From Candidatus Kaiserbacteria bacterium (lineage in GTDB: Bacteria > Patescibacteriota > Minisyncoccia > Phycocordibacterales > UBA2100), in the NCBI GenBank assembly GCA_016214605.1, contig JACROD010000005.1, forward strand, positions 6,108 to 70,107: a stretch of DNA of 64,000 bases, given 5' to 3'. Positions 54,966 through 64,000 of this stretch are shown here, piece after piece. The notes under the pieces are model-generated. The model ran no database searches, was not told where the DNA came from, and saw only the letters and a list, made by a program, of their open reading frames with translations. Numbering within the stretch: the first letter of the stretch is position 1; every line of letters begins with the position of its first letter. Position numbers and translations under genes: made by a program.

Positions 54966-55974
54966 CGACGTGCGGATCAATCCGCAGGCCGTGGAACGAT
55001 TACGCACACTCAAAGCTGCCGGACACTACATCATCCTTCAGACGGCCCGCCATATGAAGACCTGCAGTGGCGATCAAGGACAGGTCGTCGCCAAGATCGG
55101 CAAAAAGACTCTGGACTGGCTCGCTCGGCATGAGATCCCCTACGACGAGATCTACTTCGGCAAACCGTATGCTGATGTGTATCTCGACGACAACGCACGC
55201 ACTTTTATATCATGGGAAGATATCAGTGCGCCTGAGTGGGATACAGAGCGCGTCAATATCCTGATCCCAATGGCCGGGCGGGGTTCACGATTCGCACAAG
55301 CAGGATTCACCGATCCCAAGCCTTTGATACCGACCCATGGCGCCACCATGGTGGAGTGGGCCATGAGGTCATTTGATTTTCTCAAACAGATCAAACGATA
55401 CAAGCTAATCTTCATCATTCTCAAGGAGCACGACGAGAAATACAAATTATCTACAGAGCTCAAAAGAAAGTTCGGTCAAGATACTGTGGTCATTGCGATC
55501 GATGAAGTAACGCGCGGCCAGGCCGAGACCTGCCTCGCTGCCACATCCCACATAGACAACTACAACCAACTCTTCATCTACAACTGCGATACCTATTCGA
55601 CCAGCAAGATCTGGGATCTGATCCAAGAAGAAAAGCCTGATGGCGTCATCCCTGTGTTTACTGCGACCGACCCGCGCTACAGCTATGCCAAAGTGGACGA
55701 GTACGGCTACGTACAACAAACAGCAGAGAAGAGGGCCATCTCGGACCAAGCCTCCACCGGCATGTACTATTTCAAACGCGGATCCGATTTTGTGAGAGCC
55801 GCAGAAAAGATGATCGCCACAGGCGAAATGCACAACGGCGAATTCTACGTGATCCCCTGCTACAATGAGCTTCTAAAGTCCGGCAAAAATATCCGCACCA
55901 TCCCCGTCGATGATTACTGGGTACTCGGGACCCCTGAAGAATTGGAAACATTTAACAAAAATTTTAAGGGCTGA
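54901..55974 (+). CDS. Fused capsule-biosynthesis HAD phosphatase (EcbF/BcbF-like) + GT-A/nucleotidyltransferase domain
   Basis: DLDGTI, LQTARHM, PYDEIYFGKPYADVYLDD; then IPMAGRGSRF..PKPLI, TRGQAET, YNCDT, GEFYV.PCYN, LGTPEEL. Confidence 0.82.
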   Translation: MRILIDLDGTICELRKKGQDYSDVRINPQAVERLRTLKAAGHYIILQTARHMKTCSGDQGQVVAKIGKKTLDWLARHEIPYDEIYFGKPYADVYLDDNARTFISWEDISAPEWDTERVNILIPMAGRGSRFAQAGFTDPKPLIPTHGATMVEWAMRSFDFLKQIKRYKLIFIILKEHDEKYKLSTELKRKFGQDTVVIAIDEVTRGQAETCLAATSHIDNYNQLFIYNCDTYSTSKIWDLIQEEKPDGVIPVFTATDPRYSYAKVDEYGYVQQTAEKRAISDQASTGMYYFKRGSDFVRAAEKMIATGEMHNGEFYVIPCYNELLKSGKNIRTIPVDDYWVLGTPEELETFNKNFKG

Positions 55975-56074
55975 AATTCTCCCTGCATCTGATACAGCGC
56001 ACTGGTCGTGCCTTGAAGATACGGTGTCGCCTCAAACGTACAACTCATTTTCACTGGAGTTTTTGTTTGTAAGA

Positions 56075-56103
56075 AATCCCTGCCGAGAGACCCGGCAGGG
56101 ATT
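56075..56103. terminator. Hairpin between convergent genes
   Basis: AATCCCTGCCG-AGAGACC-CGGCAGGGATT. Confidence 0.65.
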
Positions 56104-56123
56104 GGATGGAATAGATCGATCAT

Positions 56124-57128
56124 TCACTTCAACCATTGATCGAGCCTATTCAGAAGCACCGCCTGTGTCGGGTCGAGCGAGATGAAGATCGCACCCACTA
56201 CGATGACCATCGATAGCAGGATGCGCCGCTTGCCAGATTTTTCACCAAGCAACCACACCGCACCCACCGCGACAAACACCAACGACAAACGCTTCAAACT
56301 TCCAATGGAAGCAATCGGTGCAAGTCGATATGACACCCCTAGAAGAATAGATGGTAATCCGAATACGATTCCCATTATTATCATGCGATACAAGTGTGAC
56401 TGTAATCGCTCCATGAAAGGACCTGTGGATCTCTCATCATGCGCTTGATTAGGCACGCAAATCAGAAAGACTCCGCCGAGTACTCCATATTGGATCGTGA
56501 CCGCCAAGATCATGTCGCCGTGACGCGCAATGAGCCCGTCTCCCAACAGCCCCATCGTACTACAACAGGCAGCTAAATACGCCCATCGCAACGCGCGAAT
56601 ATCATTCCGCTCGGCTTCTGGAAATCTCTCTAGTGACGAAAATATTCTCCAAAAGAATAACGGCATGAAATACGCTTGCCATGAAGCCCCTTCACGCACA
56701 TGCACAAAGGTACCGATCGCGACAATGATAATACCAACGATCCCCCACGCGCCCGGACGCTCTCCGATAAGTATCGTAGTGATCATGATCAACCCGGGAG
56801 TCATTGCACCAATGGGAGCAATGAATGAGGTTTCAGCAAGCCTTGCCGAGCGCATATTGGCGAACTGAATGATCACATTGAATACCGTCGTCAATATGAG
56901 TCCGAACACCCACACTGGTAGATTTGCCTCCTCGATGGCCAGAGTATTCCACCACGGACCTATGACGATAAGGGATAGGAAACATAAGACCGCAGCGATC
57001 ACACATTGCCCCACGAGCAACTCTTTCTCAGTAAATATCCCCAACATTAGAAGATACTTACGGTAAAGGAACGTCGCCGCTATGGGAAATATCGCGACGA
57101 TCGTCAGAACAAGCGCTAGATTATTCAC
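56124..57128 (-). CDS. EamA/DMT-superfamily transporter
   Basis: About 10 TM helices in two repeats, P..AMTP..LIGERPG..G, SLKRLS..LLGEK. GTG start 7 nt after GGAGGT. Confidence 0.8.
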   Translation of the reverse strand: MNNLALVLTIVAIFPIAATFLYRKYLLMLGIFTEKELLVGQCVIAAVLCFLSLIVIGPWWNTLAIEEANLPVWVFGLILTTVFNVIIQFANMRSARLAETSFIAPIGAMTPGLIMITTILIGERPGAWGIVGIIIVAIGTFVHVREGASWQAYFMPLFFWRIFSSLERFPEAERNDIRALRWAYLAACCSTMGLLGDGLIARHGDMILAVTIQYGVLGGVFLICVPNQAHDERSTGPFMERLQSHLYRMIIMGIVFGLPSILLGVSYRLAPIASIGSLKRLSLVFVAVGAVWLLGEKSGKRRILLSMVIVVGAIFISLDPTQAVLLNRLDQWLK

Positions 57129-57176
57129 GATGCACACCTCCCGTCACTTATTCACTGATGGACAGTATATACGAAA

Positions 57177-57917
57177 TTAGCCATTCGTCAAGTTTTGTTG
57201 TCCTATTTGTAGCATCTTCATCTTCACCTCAGCTACAAGCCAATCTTCCTGCGTGTCGATGTCCATGGCGTATTTGTTGTCCATCTCATACCCATAGGTG
57301 CTGTTCCCCCACAGACTATTATTACCATCAAATAAATTACTGTACCTAAACGCGTATATTGCGGAATTAATGAAATACGATTCCGGCACATCTTGGTTGC
57401 GATGTATGAGATTGCGCAAGATCGCGCCGTCACCTACCCGTGTGACCACTCCCTGTTCATCTCGTGCCAATTGCTTGAGATGGCTAAAGTGACCCGGCAC
57501 TTTTGAGATGCCGACCAGTGAATCAAAATTGTTTCTCTCCTTGAGGAGTTGCGCCACCTCTTTGATGTGAAATGATTGACGCCCCGGAGACGACGGCTCG
57601 AGGAGGATAATCCAATCGGGCACATATCCGTCGATTTCTTTGAGTTTTTGGACGGCATACACAATGACGTCAAAGATACGAGCGGTGTCGCTCGCCAATT
57701 CCGCAGGCTCCATAAACGGAACTTCTATTCCGGCTTGTTCTGCCATCTTCGCAATTGCCGGACTATCGGTCGAGAGCACGAAGCGATCGAAGACACCACC
57801 GGCTATGCCGGTCTGTATGGACCATGTAATAAGCGGCTTCCCCAAAAAATCTTTTATATTTTTCCCAGGCAAGCGTTTACTGCCGCCACGCGCCACGACT
57901 AAACCTAGAATTTTCAT
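57177..57917 (-). CDS. neuA: Acylneuraminate (nonulosonic acid) cytidylyltransferase
   Basis: ARGGSKRLPGKNIK..GKPLI, STDS, PSSP.R, RNQD, DIDTQEDW. Confidence 0.92.
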   Translation of the reverse strand: MKILGLVVARGGSKRLPGKNIKDFLGKPLITWSIQTGIAGGVFDRFVLSTDSPAIAKMAEQAGIEVPFMEPAELASDTARIFDVIVYAVQKLKEIDGYVPDWIILLEPSSPGRQSFHIKEVAQLLKERNNFDSLVGISKVPGHFSHLKQLARDEQGVVTRVGDGAILRNLIHRNQDVPESYFINSAIYAFRYSNLFDGNNSLWGNSTYGYEMDNKYAMDIDTQEDWLVAEVKMKMLQIGQQNLTNG

Positions 57918-58276
57918 GCTTTCGAAGTATTACGTATCATGATATCGACAAGTGTATTATCCGCCGCAACCACAGGAACGAGGTTGAAGCCTACATGATC
58001 GCCAAATATCTTTTCTGCCTCCGCTTCTTTGTTGATCGTATCCGGAAGTACGACACTATTCGTATTCACTAATTTCATGATGGGTGTAAGCATGGTTGCT
58101 CCCTTGAGCATGGCACGACGCACATCACCATCAGCAACAATGCCGTAAACTATATTTCGATCATCCACAACAATTACGGCACCGTGCTTGTTCTCGGTGA
58201 TACAGGTCAGAGCATCAGCGATCGTGCCATCTGAACTCATGAAAAAATTTGGGTATGCGGAGAGTTTGTTTTTCAT
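57914..58276 (-). CDS. Stand-alone CBS-domain pair protein
   Basis: TIADAL..I...GAVIVVDD..YGIVADGDVRRAMLKG, VPVV. Confidence 0.8.
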   Translation of the reverse strand: MKNKLSAYPNFFMSSDGTIADALTCITENKHGAVIVVDDRNIVYGIVADGDVRRAMLKGATMLTPIMKLVNTNSVVLPDTINKEAEAEKIFGDHVGFNLVPVVAADNTLVDIMIRNTSKA

Positions 58277-58285
58277 ACCTTTATA

Positions 58286-59452
58286 TTAGTACATAATTTT
58301 CTTAACCAATAATGTTTCACTGACGGGAGTCTTCGCGATGATATCTACAATACGCTTAGCAGATTTACCATCGCCGTAGGGATTCACACAATTCTTAAGC
58401 GAACGCTTGAATTCTTTTGAGAGAGCTTTCGCTATAGCATTCTGTATTTCCTTCCTCACATATCCTGCATTAATCACGTTCTTACCTTGAAGACGGCCAC
58501 GTTCCCGATTACCGATATTGACCGCTGGCAGTTTGAAAGACGGGGCCTCGAGGATGCCGGAGGAGGAATTACCCACCAACACATCGGCACTCGCCATGAG
58601 ACCTGCATAATCTTCGCGTGCGAGGTTAGGAAAGATTCTCATTGAAGGAGTGCGGTGTTCGTGTATCGCCTTTGTCACGAGATTACTGCCAGCATCAGAG
58701 TTATTGAGCACAATGACAACGTTTGCATCAAATTGCTTTACTGCCTCGAGCGTCTCTTTCATTTGCTCACCTGCGCGCTCAAACTCTTCCGTCACGGGAT
58801 GTTGTGCAACCACAATGAGTGGTTTGCCATTGTCAGGAATTCCCAACTTCTTAAAAAGCTCTTTCTTGGGGGTCACCTTCCCACCCAAAAGATCATCGAG
58901 CTGCGGCGCACCAACATTATGTATACGGAAGGGTTCTTCTCCCATTTTTTTTACGCGACGAGCGGCATCTTCGTTGGCCGCAAAATGTAGGTGAGCGAAT
59001 TTTGTGATGGCATGACGAGTGACACCATCGATATTTCCGGAAACCTCGCCTGATTGAATGTGGCCCACGGGCAAATAGAGATGTGCGCCGACAATAGCCG
59101 CAATTAACTGTTCACCACGATCCCCGCCAACAAGGACAAAGTCGGCCTGCATGCCATGAAGAATCTCCGGTAATTGGAGCATAAATATAGAAAGAGACTT
59201 CGCCATCGTAAGTCGACTGTATCCGTCTAGGGTATTGTGTACGACCGCATCAATTTTAAAGCCCTCGCGACGTATTTCATCGATGGAGGAACCGAATCGA
59301 TCCAGGAGATGCATATTGCTCACAATGATGCCATAGTCGAGATCCGGGTGTTTTTCAATCTCACGGATTATAGGCTGATAGTAGCCCCACTCCCCGCGCG
59401 ACCCGGCTACGATTGCAATCTTTAGCTTCTTTTTTGCCTGTTTTTTAGCCAT
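58286..59452 (-). CDS. neuC: UDP-N-acetylglucosamine 2-epimerase (hydrolysing)
   Basis: GSRGEWG, GDRGE, HIQSGEVSGNID..RHAITK, HPVT, VGNSSSGILEAP, NIGNR, YGDGKSA. Confidence 0.93.
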   Translation of the reverse strand: MAKKQAKKKLKIAIVAGSRGEWGYYQPIIREIEKHPDLDYGIIVSNMHLLDRFGSSIDEIRREGFKIDAVVHNTLDGYSRLTMAKSLSIFMLQLPEILHGMQADFVLVGGDRGEQLIAAIVGAHLYLPVGHIQSGEVSGNIDGVTRHAITKFAHLHFAANEDAARRVKKMGEEPFRIHNVGAPQLDDLLGGKVTPKKELFKKLGIPDNGKPLIVVAQHPVTEEFERAGEQMKETLEAVKQFDANVVIVLNNSDAGSNLVTKAIHEHRTPSMRIFPNLAREDYAGLMASADVLVGNSSSGILEAPSFKLPAVNIGNRERGRLQGKNVINAGYVRKEIQNAIAKALSKEFKRSLKNCVNPYGDGKSAKRIVDIIAKTPVSETLLVKKIMY

Positions 59453-59545
59453 GTTTCAGTACTGTACAATAATATTTAGAAATACGCAAGACATTCGATT
59501 TGGACTCTCTTACACGATCTCACGATGTTCTTTTCGCTACGAATC

Positions 59546-60598
59546 TTAGCTCAGATCGTCCCACTGTACGATATCATTGACCACCAAATCATGCCTTGCT
59601 TTCTTGCCAAGCAATGCTTTTGAATACATCGGGTCAAGATACTTCGCGGGAATACCGGAACCAGGCCTTTTGGGCATCAGATTTTCAAGGGATAGTTCTT
59701 CTCCTGCTTTAATATCGCGCGATGCGATCACGCTATGAAATGCCCAATCGCGAACGACTTGTTCTTCTTTTGAAATAGTCTTTTCAGACCCAAGCCCAAC
59801 TTCTATTTTGCGTATCCCATCAACAAGCTCCTTGAGCATATGTGGCTCCAGCGAAATGAAATGATCAGGACCCTTTTGGTTTCGATCAAGTGTAAAATGC
59901 TTTTCGACTACTTTTGCGCCGAGCGCCACTGAAGCGTACGCAGTGTAATTATCCATCGTATGATCGCTTTGACCCACCATCACTCCGAATCTATCCTGGA
60001 GTACTTTAATGAGACCTAGATTGGCATGTGAATAATCATTCGGCGGATACTCAGACGTACAGTTGGTAAGCACAAGATTGTCCTTAGCACCTTCTTCTTC
60101 ATAGACCTTGACGGTATCGACTATTTCTTCGATCAAACACATGCCGGTGGACACAATGACAGGCTTCCCGGTCGCCTTTGATATCTTGGCAAGTTTGCGA
60201 TGATGCGGGAGATTCATGATCTCTCCAGAGCCAGTCTTAAAGGCCTTGACTCCCAGATCATTAAGGACGTCGACCGCGGTCGGGCAAAAAGGCGTACAAA
60301 GGTATTCAATACCGACCTGTTCGCAGTATGCCATCATCTCTTTGTGCATTTCTGGTGTAAAGAGATTACGTTTGAGTATCTCGTAGAGATCGCCGTCCCA
60401 CATATGCACCTTCCCAGGAACCATCTCAATATCAGGTAGATGGATCTGAAACTTAGCAACATCTGCCCCCATCTCCTTTGCCGCATCAACGAGTTTCTTG
60501 GCCGTCTCGATGCTACCGTTATGAGAATCTGCCAGCTCGGCGATAATAACAGTCTTCGGTCCGCCGATAATTAATTTACCAAAATTGAGTTGTTTCAT
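59546..60598 (-). CDS. neuB: N-acetylneuraminate/nonulosonate synthase with SAF domain
   Basis: IIAE..HNG, AKFQ, TPF, KTGSGE, STGM, CTSEYP, SDHT, EKHFTLD..GPDH, KRPGSGI. Confidence 0.95.
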   Translation of the reverse strand: MKQLNFGKLIIGGPKTVIIAELADSHNGSIETAKKLVDAAKEMGADVAKFQIHLPDIEMVPGKVHMWDGDLYEILKRNLFTPEMHKEMMAYCEQVGIEYLCTPFCPTAVDVLNDLGVKAFKTGSGEIMNLPHHRKLAKISKATGKPVIVSTGMCLIEEIVDTVKVYEEEGAKDNLVLTNCTSEYPPNDYSHANLGLIKVLQDRFGVMVGQSDHTMDNYTAYASVALGAKVVEKHFTLDRNQKGPDHFISLEPHMLKELVDGIRKIEVGLGSEKTISKEEQVVRDWAFHSVIASRDIKAGEELSLENLMPKRPGSGIPAKYLDPMYSKALLGKKARHDLVVNDIVQWDDLS

Positions 60599-60640
60599 AT
60601 ACAGATAGTATATACATGGCTCATCAGGATAACAATAGAA

Positions 60641-60667
60641 AGAGGCGCATGTATGAAGTGCGCCTCT
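60641..60667. terminator. Hairpin after the SDR gene
   Basis: AGAGGCGCA...TGCGCCTCT with an adjacent A-rich tract (U-rich on the minus strand). Confidence 0.55.
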
Positions 60668-60672
60668 GGTAG

Positions 60673-61401
60673 TCAGCGATTAAAATTGCCACCATCTACG
60701 ATAATGTCCGTCGCATTGATCGCGGGATTGGTTGCGATCAACATAACCACTGATGCAACTTCTTCGGTCGTTATCGAGCGACCAAGCAGTGACTCGCTAC
60801 ATGCCTCCTTATATCCATTCGGGTTGGTCGTCAGCATAGGCGTGTCGATCGCACCAAGAGTCAACGCAACCGAACGAATCGGCCGAACATCCGGATGAAA
60901 TGCCCAGGAACGGGAAAGTGCCATTAACCCTCCCTTACTAGCCGTATACGCCTGTGCATAAGGCAACTTACCATATGCCCATATAGACGAGCTTGTGATG
61001 ATGCAACTTACTTCAGATCGCACCATATGAGGAACGGCATGTTTGACGAAGAGCACTGCACCCTCAAGATTCACGGACATCACGCGCCGGAAATCATCCA
61101 GATTCACATCGAGCGGACCTTGACAGACCACCGAGCGTCCTTCGATGAAGTCGGCACTTGCGCCAATACCGTGATTAATGAAGAGTACATCAATCGGACC
61201 AAAGCGATCAGTCGCCGCTTTCACAATCCTCTGTACATCTTCCTCACTACTCGCATCACCCTTTACGAGGTGGTGATCTTGCTCGATTGGCGTACGAACA
61301 TCAGTGATGGTCACTGAAAATTCGCTCCTTTCGAACAAATCCGCGGTCGCGAGACCAATGCCGCCAGCACCGCCAGTAACAAGGATATGTTTCTTTTTCA
61401 T
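60673..61401 (-). CDS. Short-chain dehydrogenase/reductase
   Basis: VTGGAGGIG, NHGI, VNLEG, SS, YTASKGG, VDGG. Confidence 0.9.
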   Translation of the reverse strand: MKKKHILVTGGAGGIGLATADLFERSEFSVTITDVRTPIEQDHHLVKGDASSEEDVQRIVKAATDRFGPIDVLFINHGIGASADFIEGRSVVCQGPLDVNLDDFRRVMSVNLEGAVLFVKHAVPHMVRSEVSCIITSSSIWAYGKLPYAQAYTASKGGLMALSRSWAFHPDVRPIRSVALTLGAIDTPMLTTNPNGYKEACSESLLGRSITTEEVASVVMLIATNPAINATDIIVDGGNFNR

Positions 61402-61476
61402 GGGATAGCCTTTCTCAGTTTTTCTAAATAATATTGTATATTATATATCGAAATAAGTCAATAGGCATCAAAAATC

Positions 61477-62442
61477 CTATATCGGTCTTTGGAGGAAAAA
61501 ACAAGCTTGATCCCCTCTCTGATTTGCGTTCAATTCTCTTGCTCGCGCCTCAAATGCGGCAATTTTCTCAGTCGAGAATATTGAATGAGTGGGATCAATC
61601 TTGTACGAGCGCGGGTCCACAAGCGGGATATCCCGCTTATATTGTTCACTTCCCCAAAATTGAAATCCCCTGGAATCAAAAACGACATCGGTCGTTTCAA
61701 ATCCGACCTCGTCCGCAAGGATCTTCATACTCTTCTGTGTATGCACTATGAGGTGACGCGGTGGGTCCAGGTCTACCCAATTCTCGCGGTACTTCTCCCA
61801 AGCCTCTGATGAAGCAACGGGAATACGGATCAGCACATAATGCCCCGGCTTGATCAGACGATATAGATTCTTAAGGACCGCGCGAGAATCAGCCATATGC
61901 TCAAATGCATGATGAAGCATGATGAAGTCGAATGATTCAGTGAGGTCTGCGAGATCTTGTTTTTTGATCCTGACCCCGCTCGGATATGCGATGTCCGCCT
62001 CTATAAAAGGATCGATTCCTCGGAGGTTTGTAAATCCGTCTTTTGCCAATGCCTGAAGAAATGCGCCCGTACCGCAACCAACATCCAAGATCGAAGAATT
62101 GAGGCCGACATTACGCTTGCCGAGCCATGCATACCACTGCGGCAGACCGTACCACTTGATAAAAAGGAATCCGATCGGATTTTTCTTGTAGAGCGCATAC
62201 CGCGCACGCTGTCGTTTGAGGAAGAGTTTTAGGCCACTGTCTTTCTGGGGAGTAGTTGTATCAAATGAATAGTATTCGGGCGGATAGTATCGACCCAGGT
62301 CCGCTGGAACTTCACTTATTTGGACACATCCGCATGAGGCACACTCGATATACTTAAACTCATCGCGTGTACCAAACATCATTTCGCGTACCTGATATTC
62401 TCTATTTCCGTCACTGTTGTGACATACGCGACAAGCCATCAT
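61477..62442 (-). CDS. Class I SAM-dependent methyltransferase with N-terminal Zn-ribbon
   Basis: CRVC..CASCG, ILDVGCGTG, HAFEHM, DPPRHL. Confidence 0.88.
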   Translation of the reverse strand: MMACRVCHNSDGNREYQVREMMFGTRDEFKYIECASCGCVQISEVPADLGRYYPPEYYSFDTTTPQKDSGLKLFLKRQRARYALYKKNPIGFLFIKWYGLPQWYAWLGKRNVGLNSSILDVGCGTGAFLQALAKDGFTNLRGIDPFIEADIAYPSGVRIKKQDLADLTESFDFIMLHHAFEHMADSRAVLKNLYRLIKPGHYVLIRIPVASSEAWEKYRENWVDLDPPRHLIVHTQKSMKILADEVGFETTDVVFDSRGFQFWGSEQYKRDIPLVDPRSYKIDPTHSIFSTEKIAAFEARARELNANQRGDQACFFLQRPI

Positions 62443-62482
62443 TCGTGCTATTTTAGCAATTACACGACTCTTGGCAACAAGA

Positions 62483-64000
62483 CTATTTTAATTGGGCATG
62501 TTTCTCAGCCAACGTACGCACAACATCCGCAAGACGCTCAGACGACTTGCCATCAAAAGAATAATTATGACTCATGAATGTCTTCGCCCCCTCGACGAGA
62601 GATCGACGTTTCTCCGGAGATGTTGCAAGCGTGAGTAGCTCATGGGTCAGTTGCTCTACGTTGTACGCAATAGCAAGAGCCCCTTCCTGCGCATATCGAT
62701 CGAGGTCACTGCCTATGTCTTTACCAAGTACTGCATGCATTGGAAGTATTGCATCATAGACGGTCGGCCTGCCAGATATAAGTGCTTCAAGAACCGATGT
62801 GGAGTGACATGACACAATCGCATCCGATTGGACAAAGATATCTACTAGGGATTCATTGTGAGCAACTCGATAATTCACATTAACAAAAGCGCGCTGTATC
62901 GCTTCTCGGAAAAATGCCTCATTATCTGCACCCCCACGCATTGAAAGTATGATTTTTGCATTAGGTACTCCCAATACTGCCGTAGCGATATCTTGAAGAA
63001 AGTCAAAGGCCTCATAGTGATCGGTCCAGAAAGCACGAGCTATCCCCGGCATAATACATGCGATCACGAACTCACTATCTTGAACATCAATCTTTTCAGA
63101 ATCTGGGATTCTTGCAAACTTGTCAAAACGAGGTGAGCCCACATCAAAAAGCTGATCATCCCTGTAGCCTATCCGCTTGAAGCTCTCTCGAAGGACCGGT
63201 CCATATTCTGCTATGTATTCAACGCTACGTCGGTTGCTATAAGAACCTTTTCCGAAATAAAAAATACCGTGTTGCACTTCAAGAGACGGAATACTAAGCA
63301 AACGCGCAACCTCGCACAATATGCCGAAGTGCGGCTGACCAGATGCGCTCGCACGCACAAGGACAACATCAGGTCGTAAATAGCGCATTATTGCATGCGC
63401 CCCTTCGATCATTTCCACTGATTTGATGCCTCCTGTAGAAATAATGCGCTCAAAAGCCTCCTGTAGGACAGGAGTGAGCGAGTATCCCCGGAATGAAGTC
63501 TTATTAATCAGGTGATTTTTAAATCTGATGCGCTCCCATTCGTCCCTAAATTCACGATCACGCGATACAGCCAAACGGTGCATACCACGCGATACAAATT
63601 GATCAATGTGCATAAACTGCATACGATGTTTCCAGATCAAACGCAGTCCGACCGAAAAAGACTCCAGTCTATCCATGAGCACCAGTTCACCTTCTGGAAG
63701 TTTGTCCATGAGAGGCGCTATATTTCTCCAAATGTCACTTCCCAGAATACGTATCTTTTTACGCGGTCGCAGTGTAGTTACACATATATTAAGTAAAGAA
63801 AGTGCTACACCAAACATGCGACGCTTCCACCAAAACATTTTCCACCTGAATGAATCCAGGACCACCCGTACGCGAAACTTCTTTTCACTAAGCGCGCCTT
63901 TTTCCACAAAAAATTCAATATTCCGCTGCTTACAAACAAGCCCTGCCGCGATTTCAACCACGCGCGCTTCAAGGCCCGCCAAGAGCCGCCCTGTTTCTGG
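62483..64000 (-). CDS. GT-B-fold surface-carbohydrate biosynthesis protein (5' end off the window); possibly a nonulosonate transferase
   Basis: Frame stays open to the window edge. EVQHG, VGSPRFD, SDAIVSCHSTSVLEALISGRP, FDGKSSER. Confidence 0.65.
   Translation of the reverse strand, partial: PETGRLLAGLEARVVEIAAGLVCKQRNIEFFVEKGALSEKKFRVRVVLDSFRWKMFWWKRRMFGVALSLLNICVTTLRPRKKIRILGSDIWRNIAPLMDKLPEGELVLMDRLESFSVGLRLIWKHRMQFMHIDQFVSRGMHRLAVSRDREFRDEWERIRFKNHLINKTSFRGYSLTPVLQEAFERIISTGGIKSVEMIEGAHAIMRYLRPDVVLVRASASGQPHFGILCEVARLLSIPSLEVQHGIFYFGKGSYSNRRSVEYIAEYGPVLRESFKRIGYRDDQLFDVGSPRFDKFARIPDSEKIDVQDSEFVIACIMPGIARAFWTDHYEAFDFLQDIATAVLGVPNAKIILSMRGGADNEAFFREAIQRAFVNVNYRVAHNESLVDIFVQSDAIVSCHSTSVLEALISGRPTVYDAILPMHAVLGKDIGSDLDRYAQEGALAIAYNVEQLTHELLTLATSPEKRRSLVEGAKTFMSHNYSFDGKSSERLADVVRTLAEKHAQLK

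Noticed and set aside
1-64000. Alternative genetic code (UGA = Gly, as in Gracilibacteria/Absconditabacteria)
   Set aside because: Conserved genes are full length in code 11, TGA ends guaB directly before its terminator, and the 16-kb Gly-rich ORF has no in-frame TGA.
1-64000. tRNA or rRNA genes
   Set aside because: I found no cloverleaf with a GTTCRA T-loop and no rRNA-like conserved segments in the intergenic regions by eye; tRNAscan-SE or barrnap would be decisive.

Overview
Bacterial chromosomal window read in genetic code 11. Its gene content looks like a Patescibacteria/CPR (Parcubacteria-type) genome; this is inferred from the split transketolase, the short SecA, Thr/Ser-rich giant surface proteins and mostly leaderless-type starts. 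1-16.4 kb: three large secreted, modular, probably glycan-active proteins are interleaved with a PfkB-family kinase, split transketolase, rpe, rpiB and gap. 16.4-17.3 kb: a REP-associated tyrosine transposase sits between two REP doublets. 17.3-36.3 kb: three co-oriented genes each begin with excisionase/MerR-like HTH domains followed by one transmembrane helix; the last continues into a 5,422-aa phage-fibre-like surface protein. This is the top candidate for an undescribed membrane-tethered DNA-binding/adhesin system. 36.5-42.4 kb: gatB, secA, guaB. 42.5-47.1 kb: an unannotated 24-aa lysine-rich microprotein, a hairpin-dense non-coding region and a REP-bracketed lipase plus membrane-protein pair. 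47.1-64 kb: a surface-glycan locus (O-antigen ligase/TPR, ABC flippase, WavE-like, kinase/phosphatase/nucleotidyltransferase fusions, neuA/neuC/neuB). Palindromic elements are inserted in frame inside the pfkB-family gene and gap. No rRNA, tRNA, CRISPR array, integrase or reverse transcriptase was recognised. All domain calls come from motif recognition by eye, not from database searches.
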